Origin: Candidatus Moanibacter sp.
Lineage (GTDB): Bacteria; Verrucomicrobiota; Verrucomicrobiia; Opitutales; UBA2987
DNA: 16,225 nucleotides
NCBI GenBank assembly: GCA_965215885.1
Contig: CBDCEW010000005.1
Location: 1-16,225 of the forward strand
Direction of reading: 5' to 3'
Below are positions 15,688 through 16,225 of this stretch, piece by piece (the first letter of the stretch is position 1; each line of letters begins with the position of its first letter). The notes below the pieces were generated by a model. That model was given only the letters and a program-made list of their open reading frames with translations, did no database searches and was not told the DNA's origin. The position numbers and the translations under genes are program-made.

Positions 15688-15792
15688 TTCGATATCCGCC
15701 GTTTCCTTCACCTGCAGAATGTCATCACGCTCGCGAAAACGCTGCATCCAAGCAGACATGTGAGCCGTCGTCTGCCGAAAGTTCTCCCAAGT
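15688..15792 (-). pseudogene. Probable remnant of a membrane dipeptidase (peptidase M19) gene
   Basis: The - strand frame reads TWENFRQTTAHMSAWMQRFRERDDILQVKETADIE, which resembles my recollection of the N-terminal part of bacterial M19 dipeptidases. It has no proper start and no continuation. Confidence 0.45.
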
Positions 15793-15809
15793 GTTCTTCC
15801 TTTTCCTTC

Positions 15810-16223
15810 TCAGTTATGGACGGAGTGACGGAGAAGAGGCTTTACAGTTTCGGGCAGGTTGTCGTAAACGGAGCGCTCGACGGGCGGGAACTCGGTCGGC
15901 TTGCCATTCGTCTCGACCACCATGCGCTGGAAATCGGGTGATCCCTCCAGGTTGGGCAGCAGGTTCAACCACCACGGTGCGTAGCCCACATTCATGGCGA
16001 TCCGCGGCTCGGCGCTTTCGTTTGTCGTCACGCAGTGCCATAGCCGGCTGTCGAACAGCATGACGCTGCCGGCGGCGCCTGAAATCTGCATCTCTGCAGG
16101 ATGCGGCGCCTCCCTGTCATGTACGTCGCCACCCGACGGGTTTGTCCGGGTTCGGTGGCTGCCAGGTATGACGAGCGTACCTCCGGTGTGAGGAGAGAAA
16201 TCCGTCAGCATCCAGATCGAGGA
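15810..16223 (-). CDS. Phytanoyl-CoA dioxygenase (PhyH) family Fe(II)/2-oxoglutarate dioxygenase, 5' part beyond the right edge
   Basis: Frame is open to the window edge: SSIWMLTDFSPHTGGTLVIPGSH…GAAGSVMLFDSRLWH…N…R (distal His and 2OG-binding Arg). Confidence 0.9.
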   Translation of the reverse strand, partial: SSIWMLTDFSPHTGGTLVIPGSHRTRTNPSGGDVHDREAPHPAEMQISGAAGSVMLFDSRLWHCVTTNESAEPRIAMNVGYAPWWLNLLPNLEGSPDFQRMVVETNGKPTEFPPVERSVYDNLPETVKPLLRHSVHN

Positions 16224-16225
16224 CA

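Overview
Bacterial accessory, carbohydrate-use region. The style of the TonB-dependent receptor suggests Verrucomicrobia/Opitutae (inference). Left to right: (1) a TonB-dependent receptor on the - strand that runs off the left edge and is missing from the ORF track; (2) a complete 1894-bp ISAs1-family IS with a 10-bp target duplication, a DUF4338/DruA-like domain fused to the transposase, and a -1 frameshift at a C5T5 run; (3) a GTAG-type REP doublet; (4) a GH42-like glycosidase and a Gfo/Idh/MocA oxidoreductase (- strand); (5) a divergent family-5 ABC binding protein and two permeases, with no ATPase gene; (6) a parDE toxin-antitoxin pair; (7) a class-III PLP aminotransferase, a probable membrane-dipeptidase remnant, and a PhyH-family dioxygenase that runs off the right edge. 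The most striking element is a 119-aa four-helix-bundle (Avd-like/TIGR02436) gene between the two permeases. It is bracketed by two mirror-image arrays of ~21-22-bp units, each made of NNN-TGAC plus a different GC-rich hairpin, mostly with GNA/GNNA loops. Mini-ORFs through the arrays appear to keep the operon translationally coupled.
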